Origin: a virus
Taxonomy: Duplodnaviria > Caudoviricetes
Virus record (IMG/VR): IMGVR_UViG_2834443690_000002
Coordinates: 1-64,000 of that record
Length of the DNA stretch: 64,000 bases
Strand: one strand, 5' to 3'
The notes under the pieces are model-generated. The model did no database searches and had not been told where the DNA came from. It worked only from the letters and a program-made list of their open reading frames with translations. A program made the position numbers and the translations under genes. How positions within the stretch are numbered: the stretch's first letter is position 1; the number at the start of each line of letters is the position of its first letter. Of the stretch, positions 1 through 10,138 are shown piece by piece.

Positions 1-288
1 ATGGGTTTTTTAGATAAAGCTAAGGAAAGCTTAAAAGCTGAAATGAATAAACAAAGCGAAAAAGCTAAACAGGATCTATTAAGAAAAAAAGAAATGGATG
101 AACAAGGAATTCCATATTGCCCAAAATGTTTATCAACATCTGTTACCGCCAATAAAAAAGGAGTTGGCATAGGGAAGGCCGTTGTCGGTGGAGCTCTATT
201 GGGTCCTGTTGGATTATTGGCCGGGGGAATCGGGAAAAATAAAATGGAGTTATACTGCATGAAATGCGGTCACAAGTTTAAGCCATGA
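1..288 (+). CDS. Small zinc-ribbon protein with glycine-rich hydrophobic segment
   Basis: CPKC...CMKC pairs flanking GIGKAVVGGALLGPVGLLAGG. Confidence 0.65.
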   Translation: MGFLDKAKESLKAEMNKQSEKAKQDLLRKKEMDEQGIPYCPKCLSTSVTANKKGVGIGKAVVGGALLGPVGLLAGGIGKNKMELYCMKCGHKFKP

Positions 289-491
289 ATGACATAATCG
301 TCCCGGATTATACCCTCATCTCCGCGATTATATTACCGATTCTGAGCTTAATTACTGCATACTTCGTAATAAAAACAGCCGTCAGAAACGGAGTCCAAGA
401 AGCTAATCGAAAAGCGTACGATTCACTTGAACGGATTGAAGATTTACTTAGAGGTTTAAACTTACAGCTAACAAAAAAGGAGAGCGATTAA
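285..491 (+). CDS. Small single-pass membrane protein
   Basis: ATGA overlap with upstream gene; one hydrophobic helix then a charged tail. Confidence 0.6.
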   Translation: MNDIIVPDYTLISAIILPILSLITAYFVIKTAVRNGVQEANRKAYDSLERIEDLLRGLNLQLTKKESD

Positions 492-498
492 GCTCTCT

Positions 499-690
499 TT
501 ACTTTTGCCCATCAACCCTTGATTTCAATACTTTGTAGTATTCATTCAAAACCACATCAAGCATCTGGCTTGCAGTAACAACTTCTTGATCCGTGAGGCC
601 TTTCCCTTCTTTAAGTTTTACCATGCTACGCCGCAGTTCTTCGATCTGCTTCATTATTTCTTCAAGTTCGCGCATACTTTGACCTCCCAT
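499..690 (-). CDS. Spo0E-family aspartyl-phosphate phosphatase-like protein
   Basis: About 58-63 aa, two helices, SQMLD matches the SQELD signature. Confidence 0.8.
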   Translation of the reverse strand: MGGQSMRELEEIMKQIEELRRSMVKLKEGKGLTDQEVVTASQMLDVVLNEYYKVLKSRVDGQK

Positions 691-812
691 TTATATGGGA
701 ATAGTATGCCCAATATTGCTATGGAAATAAAAAGTCCCACCGTTATCGATGGGATCTTAGCAGGACGATTAATCTTCGTGAAATTATTTTTCCCGTATTT
801 AACATAATTATG

Positions 813-1061
813 CTACATCTTCCACAACATCCACTTACAAGTATTTAGTTCATACTTAAGTTCAAACCGTCTTAGCTCTCCATTAATTTCGCTCTGGCAC
901 TTGAACAATAGCATCCAATTGCCGGCAATCTTCTCCTCTTCCGTTGAGATGACCTGCTCGATCTTAAGTTCTTTGTCGTTGATTTTGAAGCGTACTGGAT
1001 GAGGACGGCCGTTGAGTTCGGACCAGACAAGAACGGAGATCGGTGTGGCATAAATTTTCAT
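813..1061 (-). CDS. Hypothetical phage protein coupled to dam
   Basis: 4-bp overlap with the MTase gene. Confidence 0.6.
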   Translation of the reverse strand: MKIYATPISVLVWSELNGRPHPVRFKINDKELKIEQVISTEEEKIAGNWMLLFKCQSEINGELRRFELKYELNTCKWMLWKM

Positions 1062-1840
1062 TTGTCTATCCCTATCTCATAATTGCTTATGAATAATTCT
1101 TTGGCAAAGCTGCTTTTATTGGTTCTGGAAACTGAATATCTTACATCTATCTCTTTTATGTTAAAGCCTGAATACAGCGCTCGAATCTCCGGATGATCAT
1201 TAATACTTAACAAAAACTTTCCCTTTATTTTAGCCAGACATTCCTTCAATCTAACATGATCATCCTTAGAAAATGGTTTACTCCCCTGACCTGTATAATC
1301 AGCCAACCCATAATAAGGAGGATCGCAGTAGAAAAACGTTGAAGAACGATCGTAACTTGATAAGATCTTTTCTACATCCCTTTTCTCTATAATAGTATTT
1401 ATCAACCTGTCCTTCACAGAGGTTATGCTTTCCCTTACTCGTTCTAGAGTCATTGGTGGCTTCTTTAAAGGGCTAATCATAAAGCCCTTCATTAAGGCTC
1501 CAAAGCTAAAATGTAATAAGTAATAAAACCTGACCGCCCTTTTTACATCTGAGGTTCCGCTGAGATTTAGCGCCTTGTATTTCTGGAATATTTCTCTTGA
1601 AATAAGTAGATAATCGAATGCCTGAATGAATTCTTCGGGCTTTTCTTTTACTACTCGAAAAAAATTAACTAGTTCAGAGTTTATGTCATTGTAGACTTCT
1701 ACTTTAGAAGGAGATTTTTCAAAGAGGACCCAGCCAGCGCCTCCAAAGGGCTCGCAGTAACATATATGATCAGGTATCATTTTTACGATGGTTTTTCTTA
1801 GTCTATATTTGCCACCCATCCATTTAATTGGACTATTCAA
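1058..1840 (-). CDS. DNA adenine methyltransferase (Dam/D12 family)
   Basis: KWMGGK, EPFGGAG, YNDIN and DPPY motifs. Confidence 0.92.
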   Translation of the reverse strand: MNSPIKWMGGKYRLRKTIVKMIPDHICYCEPFGGAGWVLFEKSPSKVEVYNDINSELVNFFRVVKEKPEEFIQAFDYLLISREIFQKYKALNLSGTSDVKRAVRFYYLLHFSFGALMKGFMISPLKKPPMTLERVRESITSVKDRLINTIIEKRDVEKILSSYDRSSTFFYCDPPYYGLADYTGQGSKPFSKDDHVRLKECLAKIKGKFLLSINDHPEIRALYSGFNIKEIDVRYSVSRTNKSSFAKELFISNYEIGIDK

Positions 1841-1873
1841 GTCTTCACCACCAAACGTCTGTATTATTTGTTA

Positions 1874-1885
1874 GATCATTTGTTC
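1874..1885 (-). promoter_or_regulatory. Possible LexA (SOS) box upstream of dam
   Basis: Minus strand GAAC-AAAT-GATC (1 mismatch to GAAC-N4-GTTC) immediately after a TATAAT. Confidence 0.4.
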
Positions 1886-2025
1886 TAATTATATAACTAT
1901 AGTTCAAGGATGCCTAGCCCCAAAACGCAAAAAAATCCCCTCATTAAAGAGGGGACATCAAGAAAAATGAGGGCCGCCGTTGATTTCGAATCAGGTGAAA
2001 ACGGAGATGGGGGTGACAAAGATTT

Positions 2026-2577
2026 TCATGGGGTTGGCTCATCTTCCTTTTCTTGTAGCTTACGATATTCATTAACCATTCTGTCAAAAACGATAAATGT
2101 CAAAATAGCTCCATTGATTGCGGTTCTATAGTCATTTATATATTGACTCCTAATTAAATCAAACCCGCATTCTTTAAGATTCGTAAAAAGGGCTAAAATG
2201 AATGCTATAAAATAAACAACAAAGCGTAATCGTAGTCGTGCTAAATCGGTAATAACACGAACTACAACCGAACCTTCGATATATCCTTTTGGACGATAAA
2301 GATCAGCTTCCATTAAAATTCCTGTTATTACTGAAAGGTAATCTAAAATTTTATCTGGCAAATAAGCGAAAACTATCAAGGATAACAACAACGAAACAAA
2401 ATTTGCAAATACAAAGTTACGCATAAGCATATTCAATAAATACCTAGTTAAGATAAAAAATCCACCGATAAAGGGTGAAATTGATAATAAGCAAATAATA
2501 ACTATAAAAAATGAGGAAAACAATTCTTTAATAAGATTATTCTTCTTATTCATTTTTATCCTTTCTTTTAGGCACAC
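2026..2577 (-). CDS. Multi-pass membrane protein (moron)
   Basis: About 4 hydrophobic segments; AT-rich. Confidence 0.6.
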   Translation of the reverse strand: MCLKERIKMNKKNNLIKELFSSFFIVIICLLSISPFIGGFFILTRYLLNMLMRNFVFANFVSLLLSLIVFAYLPDKILDYLSVITGILMEADLYRPKGYIEGSVVVRVITDLARLRLRFVVYFIAFILALFTNLKECGFDLIRSQYINDYRTAINGAILTFIVFDRMVNEYRKLQEKEDEPTP

Positions 2578-2689
2578 ACTGTCAACACCGATTTCATTCG
2601 GTGTCTTTTTATACTCAACGTTTGATCTTTTTCCTCAGTAAAGTAGAGAGCTGCTCGATGGTTACTGCAATATTTATTTGCTGTCTTCA

Positions 2690-3565
2690 TTACATTTCAG
2701 GTGTTTTAATTTTCTCAACAACACGTTTCGGTTGATCAGAGAATATTTTGTCCCAACGCTTTGCTATTCTAGGAAATTTCCGTTCAATAAAGAGCTGAAT
2801 AATTGATTTATCCAATTTCCATGAAGTTGATGCTATATATCTGGTCGCTAACATCATAGAAAAACCCCATAATGGAAAAATGATATAACCTATTGCCGAG
2901 AAACACAATGATTTGATGTCTTTGGGGATCATGTGGTTTCCAATCAAACTATCCCATAAAATTATGTAAATTAAGAACAAGGACGCAAAGGATAAAGTCT
3001 TAAATGTCTCGTAGCAGATGCGACTAAATTCATGAAAGAATCTTGAAAGAAGACCTTTTCCAGAAATGAAACGCATCCAATCATACTCTCTAAACATAAC
3101 CATTGTATTTATTCTGTACTCAGTTTTAACTCTAGAAGAAAACAGATGAAAACAAATCCAAAAGTCATTCCAGTTTTCCTGTGTTCGCTGATTATAAAAA
3201 GTATAGTATTTATCTTCAAGCTGATAATATTGTTCCCAAATAGACTTGTTTCCTATTTGGTATATCATTGTTGATGCTGCCCCATATTTATTAAAAAAAT
3301 CTTTAAGGAGTCGTTGCCTCTCACATGAACGAAATTGTCTTTCGATAATTCTGATATCGTGAAAAAGAGGACTAGATACTTTATTAAGGTTTTCCTGAAC
3401 TTGACCAAAGAACCTATCAATCTTCCGAGTCCTTACTCCAAACAAATACCCTAAAATACCACCTAGTACTGTCGATAATATCGAAGGTAAAAATTGCAGA
3501 ACTAAATTTAGGCTCAACTTTATCACCCCATTTCTAAAATATACAATATGTATCACTAACACCAC
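2690..3565 (-). CDS. Membrane protein (moron)
   Basis: N-terminal TM, soluble middle, two C-terminal TMs; AT-rich. Confidence 0.6.
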   Translation of the reverse strand: MVLVIHIVYFRNGVIKLSLNLVLQFLPSILSTVLGGILGYLFGVRTRKIDRFFGQVQENLNKVSSPLFHDIRIIERQFRSCERQRLLKDFFNKYGAASTMIYQIGNKSIWEQYYQLEDKYYTFYNQRTQENWNDFWICFHLFSSRVKTEYRINTMVMFREYDWMRFISGKGLLSRFFHEFSRICYETFKTLSFASLFLIYIILWDSLIGNHMIPKDIKSLCFSAIGYIIFPLWGFSMMLATRYIASTSWKLDKSIIQLFIERKFPRIAKRWDKIFSDQPKRVVEKIKTPEM

Positions 3566-4056
3566 AACGGAGATTTAACGTTCCCAAACCAACTCTTCAT
3601 CATAACCCCAAGGGCAATCCCCTAAACTCATAAGTACATATATTCTAGAGTATACTACGCCCGCCTCGATTAAAGGTTGTAGCTGATCCATACCAACAAT
3701 ATCAGCTATCTTTGCTAACTTACGCTCTTTGCGGTAATAAGCTAGATTTTTGTAGATTTGGGATGGGCCTGAACATTGGGATCGCTTCTCTTTAGCCCAA
3801 TTATGATATATGCCTTGAAGTAAGCTTCTCACACACAAGGGATTCTTTTTATGAAGAAGGGCTTAATGCTAAATCGAATCGTAAAATAGAACATTTTGTC
3901 GAAAAGCAGGGAAATCTTTCTTCAAAGAGAACTGCAAAAAGCAGTACCCAAATTATTTACTGAGCTACGATTGTGACTTGTTGCACCCGTTACGCTGATC
4001 AAGCGGGAGAAGCTTTGAGGCCTATTAATTAGTGAATGTGGTAGGAGGAACCAGGG

Positions 4057-5724
4057 GTGTTAGAAAAAATTTCAATAATACAGTATAGAAAGATTAAGAA
4101 TATTGAATTTAATTTCACGAAATATATTAACGTAATTTCCGGAACAAACGGAACTTGCAAAACTTCCTTGCTGTATTTAATTAGTAACTCATTTCAGACA
4201 GTAAATAGTAGGAATTGCCCTTTGCTTCAAGATAAAAAATGCCTAGAAATAATTAAAAAAATCAATAATACGATAAACCCCAAAATAGAAAGCCTAACTC
4301 GCGGCGATAAACAATATAACGACCCTGCTATCGGTCATAGCGGCACATTATTCACAACACATTATTTTAATCACCCAACTTTAGCATTTAGAAAGCACAA
4401 TTCTCCTGAAAGCAATAGATATTCAGTTAAGCCATATTATCCAAAAGGTTCTCATGACAAACTACCTAGTTGCCCAGTTATATACTTAGGTTTATCTCGT
4501 CTAGTACCTTTTGGTGAATACCAGAACGACAATGCCATAGAAGGAATTAAAAAATCATTACCTAATGAATATCAAGAGGAAATTATGCGGCTGTACGAAC
4601 AATTGACCGGATTATCGATTTCTTCCATAAGCCCGCAAAAAATGGGCGATATAAAAATTAGATCAGAGTTTAATAGCACACACGATGGTATCGACTCTAA
4701 TACAATATCAGCTGGTGAAGATAACTTATTTATAATTATTACTGCTATTGTATCCTTGAAATACTATTACGAAAATATTACAGGTAGCTCTAACTCCGTT
4801 GAAAGTATTCTCTTAATTGATGAACTCGATGCTACGCTCCACCCTTCCGCACAAATTCAATTATTGGAACTATTTCATCAATATTCAAGTGATTACAAGA
4901 TTCAATTCTTTTTTACTACACATAGTTTATCTTTGCTAGAGTATGCACTTTTAAAAAAACACAATGTTGTTTATTTAATTGATAATATAACTACAGTTCA
5001 CAAATTGGACTCGCCAGATATTTATAAAATCAAGATGTTTCTTGAATCTAAAACACACACTGACATTTATACAAATAGATCCATTCCATTATTTATGGAA
5101 GATGATGAAGCAAGAATATTTTTGAATACAATTTTTGACTATTTCTGCGACAAATTTCCTGACAAATTCCCTAGAGTTCGTAGATTCTTTCATTTAGTTG
5201 ATGTTAAACTTGGGGCTGAAAACTTAATTAATCTTTTTAATGATAATCATCTATTGAAATCAATCTTACAATCGATTTGTATTCTAGATGGAGATCAGAA
5301 TGGAAAAAGAGAACTACGTAAACACATTATTATTTTACCTGGCGGGAAGTCACCAGAAGAACTAATAATGCATTACTCCATTGAGTTATTCGACAACGAC
5401 GATCCCTTTTGGACAGAACCAACAATCTTAGACCTTGGTTTCGGAAAAATCTATTATAGAGATAAAATCCGTCCTGATATAGATAATATCACAAACACGC
5501 TCGAGGATTTGTTGAAAAAAAAGGAATCTACTAAAGGAATCAAACGAGAATTGAATAAAGCTACCTTTAATAAACATAAGGAGTTCTTTCAACTTTTATT
5601 CAAACACTGGGTAAATAGTAATGAACACGAGGAAGAACTAGATAAATTCCATACAGATTTGTACCATATGTTCAAAAAGGTTGCAGAATTTAATGGTATA
5701 AACCCTCATGAATGGAATAACTAA
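4057..5724 (+). CDS. ABC-type ATPase with C-terminal TOPRIM-like domain (OLD-like)
   Basis: Walker A GTNGTCKT, signature ISAGE, Walker B LLIDE, H-loop TTHS; then FMEDD...LDGD acidic motifs. Confidence 0.85.
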   Translation: MLEKISIIQYRKIKNIEFNFTKYINVISGTNGTCKTSLLYLISNSFQTVNSRNCPLLQDKKCLEIIKKINNTINPKIESLTRGDKQYNDPAIGHSGTLFTTHYFNHPTLAFRKHNSPESNRYSVKPYYPKGSHDKLPSCPVIYLGLSRLVPFGEYQNDNAIEGIKKSLPNEYQEEIMRLYEQLTGLSISSISPQKMGDIKIRSEFNSTHDGIDSNTISAGEDNLFIIITAIVSLKYYYENITGSSNSVESILLIDELDATLHPSAQIQLLELFHQYSSDYKIQFFFTTHSLSLLEYALLKKHNVVYLIDNITTVHKLDSPDIYKIKMFLESKTHTDIYTNRSIPLFMEDDEARIFLNTIFDYFCDKFPDKFPRVRRFFHLVDVKLGAENLINLFNDNHLLKSILQSICILDGDQNGKRELRKHIIILPGGKSPEELIMHYSIELFDNDDPFWTEPTILDLGFGKIYYRDKIRPDIDNITNTLEDLLKKKESTKGIKRELNKATFNKHKEFFQLLFKHWVNSNEHEEELDKFHTDLYHMFKKVAEFNGINPHEWNN

Positions 5725-5748
5725 ATAGTATAGTGCCTTCTGTTTTCT

Positions 5749-6627
5749 ATGGCCATGCATGTGAATTTATGTTATATTCAACGTGAGGAGGTGTACACCA
5801 TGCCAGCAACAGTAACTCCTTTACGATATCCTGGCGGAAAAACTAAATTATATGATTTCGTTCTTGACATAATAAAAAGAAACCATCTCGAAAAATGCAC
5901 CTATATCGAGCCGTTTGCTGGCGGAGCTGGTCTCGCCCTAAAGCTATTATTCAAAAAGAATGTTTCCAAACTAATACTGAATGATTTAGATAATGCTGTC
6001 TATTCCTTTTGGTATAGTATACTAAATTATACGGAAGAATTTTGTAGATTAATCGAGCTAACCTCAATAACCATTGAAGAGAGAGAACATCAAAAATATA
6101 TCTACAAAAATCAAAACATATTTTCAACTTTAGAAGTCGGCTTTGCAAGTTTCTTCCTCAATCGGACAAATATATCTGGTATCCTTCACGGAGGTCCGAT
6201 TGGCGGTGCCGATCAGAAAGGTTCAAATAAATTAGATGCTCGATTTAATAAAAAGACTTTGATCGAAAAGCTTCATCATATCTCTTTGTATAAAAATCAT
6301 ATCCGGTTTTACAATTACGATGTAAACGAATTCATAGAAAGAATCATACCTGGCGAGGATCCGCGTAAATCCTTTATATACTTTGACCCACCTTATGTAA
6401 AAAAAGGACCTCTCCTTTATATGAATTGCTTTAAGCCTACTGACCATAGTAGATTAGCGGAAGAGATCTTACGCTCTAATAACAACTGGATTGTAACTTA
6501 TGATAATTGCGAATTTATATCGAACCTCTATAGAAACTTTAAACAGGAAATAATAAGCATAAATTATAGCGCAGGTAGCTCAAAAAAAAGTGAAGAAATA
6601 GTAATATATAGCCCTACTATTCACTGA
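5749..6627 (+). CDS. DNA adenine methyltransferase (D12 family); likely start 5800
   Basis: LRYPGGK, EPFAGGAG, LNDLD, DPPY; GAGGAGG RBS before MPATV. Confidence 0.92.
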   Translation: MAMHVNLCYIQREEVYTMPATVTPLRYPGGKTKLYDFVLDIIKRNHLEKCTYIEPFAGGAGLALKLLFKKNVSKLILNDLDNAVYSFWYSILNYTEEFCRLIELTSITIEEREHQKYIYKNQNIFSTLEVGFASFFLNRTNISGILHGGPIGGADQKGSNKLDARFNKKTLIEKLHHISLYKNHIRFYNYDVNEFIERIIPGEDPRKSFIYFDPPYVKKGPLLYMNCFKPTDHSRLAEEILRSNNNWIVTYDNCEFISNLYRNFKQEIISINYSAGSSKKSEEIVIYSPTIH

Positions 6628-6724
6628 GTTTGAAAGCATCCTCCAGTACTCGAATTGGAGAACCGAAGTATTAAATTAAATTTCGATAGACTTGCATGTC
6701 CTTAATAAACTTTTATGACTAAAC

Positions 6725-6764
6725 AAAAAGCCCCTCTCTCACATTTACATTGAGAGAGGGGCTT
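6725..6764 (-). terminator. Intrinsic terminator of the late/lysis operon
   Basis: AAGCCCCTCTCTCA / TGAGAGAGGGGCTT stem with an A-tract on the + strand left side. Confidence 0.75.
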
Positions 6765-6799
6765 CGCCGTGGCTGCGCCGGCCGGCACCGGAGCTTTAA

Positions 6800-7456
6800 T
6801 TATGCAGGCTGTTGAGTTTGCGTTTGCGGATCTGGTTGAGCTATTTGAGTGTCAGGAGTAGCTTGAGCAGCCTGCGGAGTCACAGCACCCGAAAAAGCTT
6901 GAGCCGTTTGGCTAATCACCCGCTGAACTGCATCGTTCGCGGCCTGTGTCGCAATCGGAGTAACAACCTGTTTGACCTTACTAGCAATGGCCTGGCTAAC
7001 GGCTTGATCGGTAGCAGCGGGAGCTGTTTCTTCAGCAGGTGCGCTCGAATTCATATCAAACACACCGGTTTCGATCATATCTTTAACTGCTTTCTGGATT
7101 TCTGGCGTAGGTTCATACCCGGCAATTTTAAGCATATTCATGGCTGCGTCATAGGCGTTTTGGTTCTTCTGATCCTTCGCGATCTGGCTGCTATTGTAAC
7201 GTTGTTCAGCTGCATGAACTCCGGCCTGTGATACTTGAATCACTTTATCAATGACCATTTCTGCCGGTGCTGGTAGAAATACTTTGCCGATATCATCATT
7301 GAGCGTTTTGGCTTCTCCTAAAACCATGTCGGCAGTATTAAGAATCACTTTAGGATCTTTTCCCTTTTGAACTAAATAGTTAATAGCTAGTCCAGCGACA
7401 GAGCCAACTACTAAAGAACCTAAAGAAATGAGTAACATAATTACATTTGTATCCAT
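6800..7456 (-). CDS. Holin-like protein (LL-H-like) with Ala/Gln/Pro-rich tail
   Basis: N-terminal TM, VHAAEQ...K...IETGV pattern, position after endolysin. Confidence 0.6.
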   Translation of the reverse strand: MDTNVIMLLISLGSLVVGSVAGLAINYLVQKGKDPKVILNTADMVLGEAKTLNDDIGKVFLPAPAEMVIDKVIQVSQAGVHAAEQRYNSSQIAKDQKNQNAYDAAMNMLKIAGYEPTPEIQKAVKDMIETGVFDMNSSAPAEETAPAATDQAVSQAIASKVKQVVTPIATQAANDAVQRVISQTAQAFSGAVTPQAAQATPDTQIAQPDPQTQTQQPA

Positions 7457-7818
7457 GATAAAACCTCCTAAAATTTAATTTTTGGCAATAGAGAAGCAGG
7501 CCATCTCTGACCTGCTCGTATTAAATCCTGTCTGCCGGGACAGGAAGAATTACTTTACTTTTTAACGAAAAAATATAATTTACTTGACTAAGAAAGTAAA
7601 GCGTTTCGTATCAATTTAATAAAAAAAGTCAAGTTCACTTGATAAAATTAACTAAATATACAGTTCTAATTGAAGTGTTAGAGTCATCAAGCAGACATAT
7701 TTCTTGGCATATTTTACTTAATATCTGACAAGCTACACTCCCAAGCTATTGATATGAGCTAACCTAGCCGTTTCTTTTCATCGAAAATTCCTGGCCAAAT
7801 TGGCAAGCGCTTGCGAAT

Positions 7819-8682
7819 TTAGCCTAGATATTTTTTCACAGCAGCCGCCGTACCAAACTTATCATCGCCGCTCAGCAGCGTTTCGTTTGGGTGCCCCGTG
7901 GTTGCTCCACCAACGACGATTAGGTGCACAGCTTTCATAGCATCAGCTGGCGGAGTAGCGTTATGTGATACCCGCACAAACAAAGCGCAGTTACCATTCC
8001 TCCTTGAAACGTCAATTGCTGACCAAAAATCTTCCTCAGTATCCATTAAAACTGCTACATCTAACACTTCTTCGCTCCCCTTTTCTTCGGTAGTATTTGC
8101 CGTTGCTTCCGCGGTCCATAATCCTGCATCTTCATTTACGTAGTCCTGATCAACCTTAAACCCTGCTACTAGTACATTATTGCTGTATTGATAGATGTGA
8201 TTTGGGGCCTTGTCTCCATAGGACCAGGCGTAAGTTTGAAAGAACTTATCCGGCGGGTAATCTGCGCCTTTCATGGCTTTGAGCACTGCAAATGACCCAT
8301 AAACACCTACTTGATATTTCCCGGTCAGAACCATATGAACGCCCCGGAAATACTCTTTTATAGTGGACATATCCCCCGGTTGGGCCTCAAAGTCTACCGC
8401 AAAATAAATACATACGCCCTTTAGAACTCCTAAAGCTTGAGCCTGGGCAAGAGCATATTGTGCATCAGATACCCCTCGTAAATAATTGAAGTAACTTGCC
8501 TTAGTGGGATCTAGTTCCAGGATAAGCCACAAGGCCAAGCCTGCGTCTAAGATCGACTTTACTTCTGCAGCAGTTAGGCCATAATTACCTCCAAGATAAC
8601 GCCCTACGGCTTTTACTCCCGCACTTTTCAGGGCTTGCACGTTCGCCGCAGTTAACCTGGTCGCGCAATCAATACCGTACAT
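7819..8682 (-). CDS. Endolysin: DUF1906/GH25-like glycoside hydrolase plus cell-wall-binding repeat
   Basis: GID start, VGRYL, IYFAVD, GVYG; C-terminal VVGG...SGDDKFGTA; ATG at 8682 follows an AAGGAG RBS. Confidence 0.85.
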   Translation of the reverse strand: MYGIDCATRLTAANVQALKSAGVKAVGRYLGGNYGLTAAEVKSILDAGLALWLILELDPTKASYFNYLRGVSDAQYALAQAQALGVLKGVCIYFAVDFEAQPGDMSTIKEYFRGVHMVLTGKYQVGVYGSFAVLKAMKGADYPPDKFFQTYAWSYGDKAPNHIYQYSNNVLVAGFKVDQDYVNEDAGLWTAEATANTTEEKGSEEVLDVAVLMDTEEDFWSAIDVSRRNGNCALFVRVSHNATPPADAMKAVHLIVVGGATTGHPNETLLSGDDKFGTAAAVKKYLG

Positions 8683-8683
8683 A

Positions 8684-9082
8684 TTAATCTCCTTTCTCTT
8701 GTAATTGCTGAAAAATACTTTTAAATTTTGGCGGCATTCTGAGGCCAATCTTTCCAACGTTCTCAATCATAGAAATCCCTTCACGCCCGGCATAGTAGTA
8801 CATCGCCATCGTTCTCAAGACCGGGCCGGAGTTTCCAAAAAGCTTATCCAGAAGAACTGCTAAGGCGACAAGAGAAAGAATAACAATCTTTCTAATGCCG
8901 CCCCAAAACATAACCTCGGAATTTACTTTCTTCTGCCTCACCGCCCCCAAGAAGCCGGTAATATAGTCAAGAACCATAAGGTAAACAAGAACCTTAAGCG
9001 CGATATCCCACCCGCCACACCAAGCCGTAATGGCCGTCCCTATCGCGGCAAATGATGTTTTGAAAATGAATTTTTCGTTCAT
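8684..9082 (-). CDS. Phage holin (holin 4_1 / toxin-secretion type)
   Basis: GGWD...LDYITG...GIRK...EGISMIEN. Confidence 0.9.
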   Translation of the reverse strand: MNEKFIFKTSFAAIGTAITAWCGGWDIALKVLVYLMVLDYITGFLGAVRQKKVNSEVMFWGGIRKIVILSLVALAVLLDKLFGNSGPVLRTMAMYYYAGREGISMIENVGKIGLRMPPKFKSIFQQLQEKGD

Positions 9083-9328
9083 ATCTGCCTCCAAGTATTA
9101 GAATTGCCCTGGGTACCCTAGTCTCCGTCACCTCCTGCGGATTTCGGGCTCAGATTCCAGGGCATAATAAAAACGCCCTGGTTAAGAGCGTTTGTTATGC
9201 AAAATACGTCGATGGTCTCAAAGTTACGTTTGAAACTAAATCAACACTATTTCTTTGAAAAGTCAACCTTCGCTTTTGCTGCGCGTAATAGGTCTACTGT
9301 GAACTAAAAAACATTTTCAAGACCTTAG

Positions 9329-10024
9329 TCAAACGCGGTGTACATACATTTCACGTAATGCATTATACATATCGTCATTGTCATCTCTAGGCTTTTTGTT
9401 TTTGCCATAAACCAAAGATTTATATAACTGTTGTCGCGCTTGGTCCGTTAAAGACGTTGAATTAATTATTCCCACACTTTCGCTGAATGACTTGTCCTTA
9501 ATAATTCCAAGCACTTTCTTAACTTGATCTTCTATGAATTCTTTTTGGCTAGTTACATCAAATGATTCAGCTAAAGTAGAATTGCCGGCTAACTGAACGG
9601 CAACTTCCTGCTTAAGTTTCTCAACTATACCCTGATCTACTCCAGATTTCTCGAGTTTTGAAAATAACGTATCGGAGAAATCGTCAAGAGTAGCATTCAC
9701 ATTTGTCTGAACTAATGTAGCAATTTCTTTAGGATTAATACTTGTGACTTTTTCATTAACGTTTCCAACTTTCTCATCTATCCTTGCTAAAAGATTCGTT
9801 GTGTTTACATTTAGAATCTCCGAATTGTTGTTTTGCGATAACGATATATAAATTGCAATTAATGCCAAAGCAATAGAAACTCCCGTTCCTAGAATTGAAA
9901 GATAAGTGCCAACATCAGGTATTTTCATTATCCAACCGGCTAATATTAGCACAATTATCCCGACTAAGATTCCTATTAACCACTTCCAATCCCTTGTTCG
10001 CCATTCTTTTATCATTAACCCCAT
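9329..10024 (-). CDS. Two-TM membrane protein with coiled coil (moron)
   Basis: Two N-terminal hydrophobic helices; isolated between tail and lysis genes. Confidence 0.6.
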   Translation of the reverse strand: MGLMIKEWRTRDWKWLIGILVGIIVLILAGWIMKIPDVGTYLSILGTGVSIALALIAIYISLSQNNNSEILNVNTTNLLARIDEKVGNVNEKVTSINPKEIATLVQTNVNATLDDFSDTLFSKLEKSGVDQGIVEKLKQEVAVQLAGNSTLAESFDVTSQKEFIEDQVKKVLGIIKDKSFSESVGIINSTSLTDQARQQLYKSLVYGKNKKPRDDNDDMYNALREMYVHRV

Positions 10025-10138
10025 TCCCCTTTCTAAAGAAAGTATTCTAAATTGAAGGGGTTAAATCCTTTATTCAATTAGTAGAAGGGCAAAGAAAAAA
10101 GACTATCACTAGTCCTTGCTTTGCCCTTCGGTTTGGAA

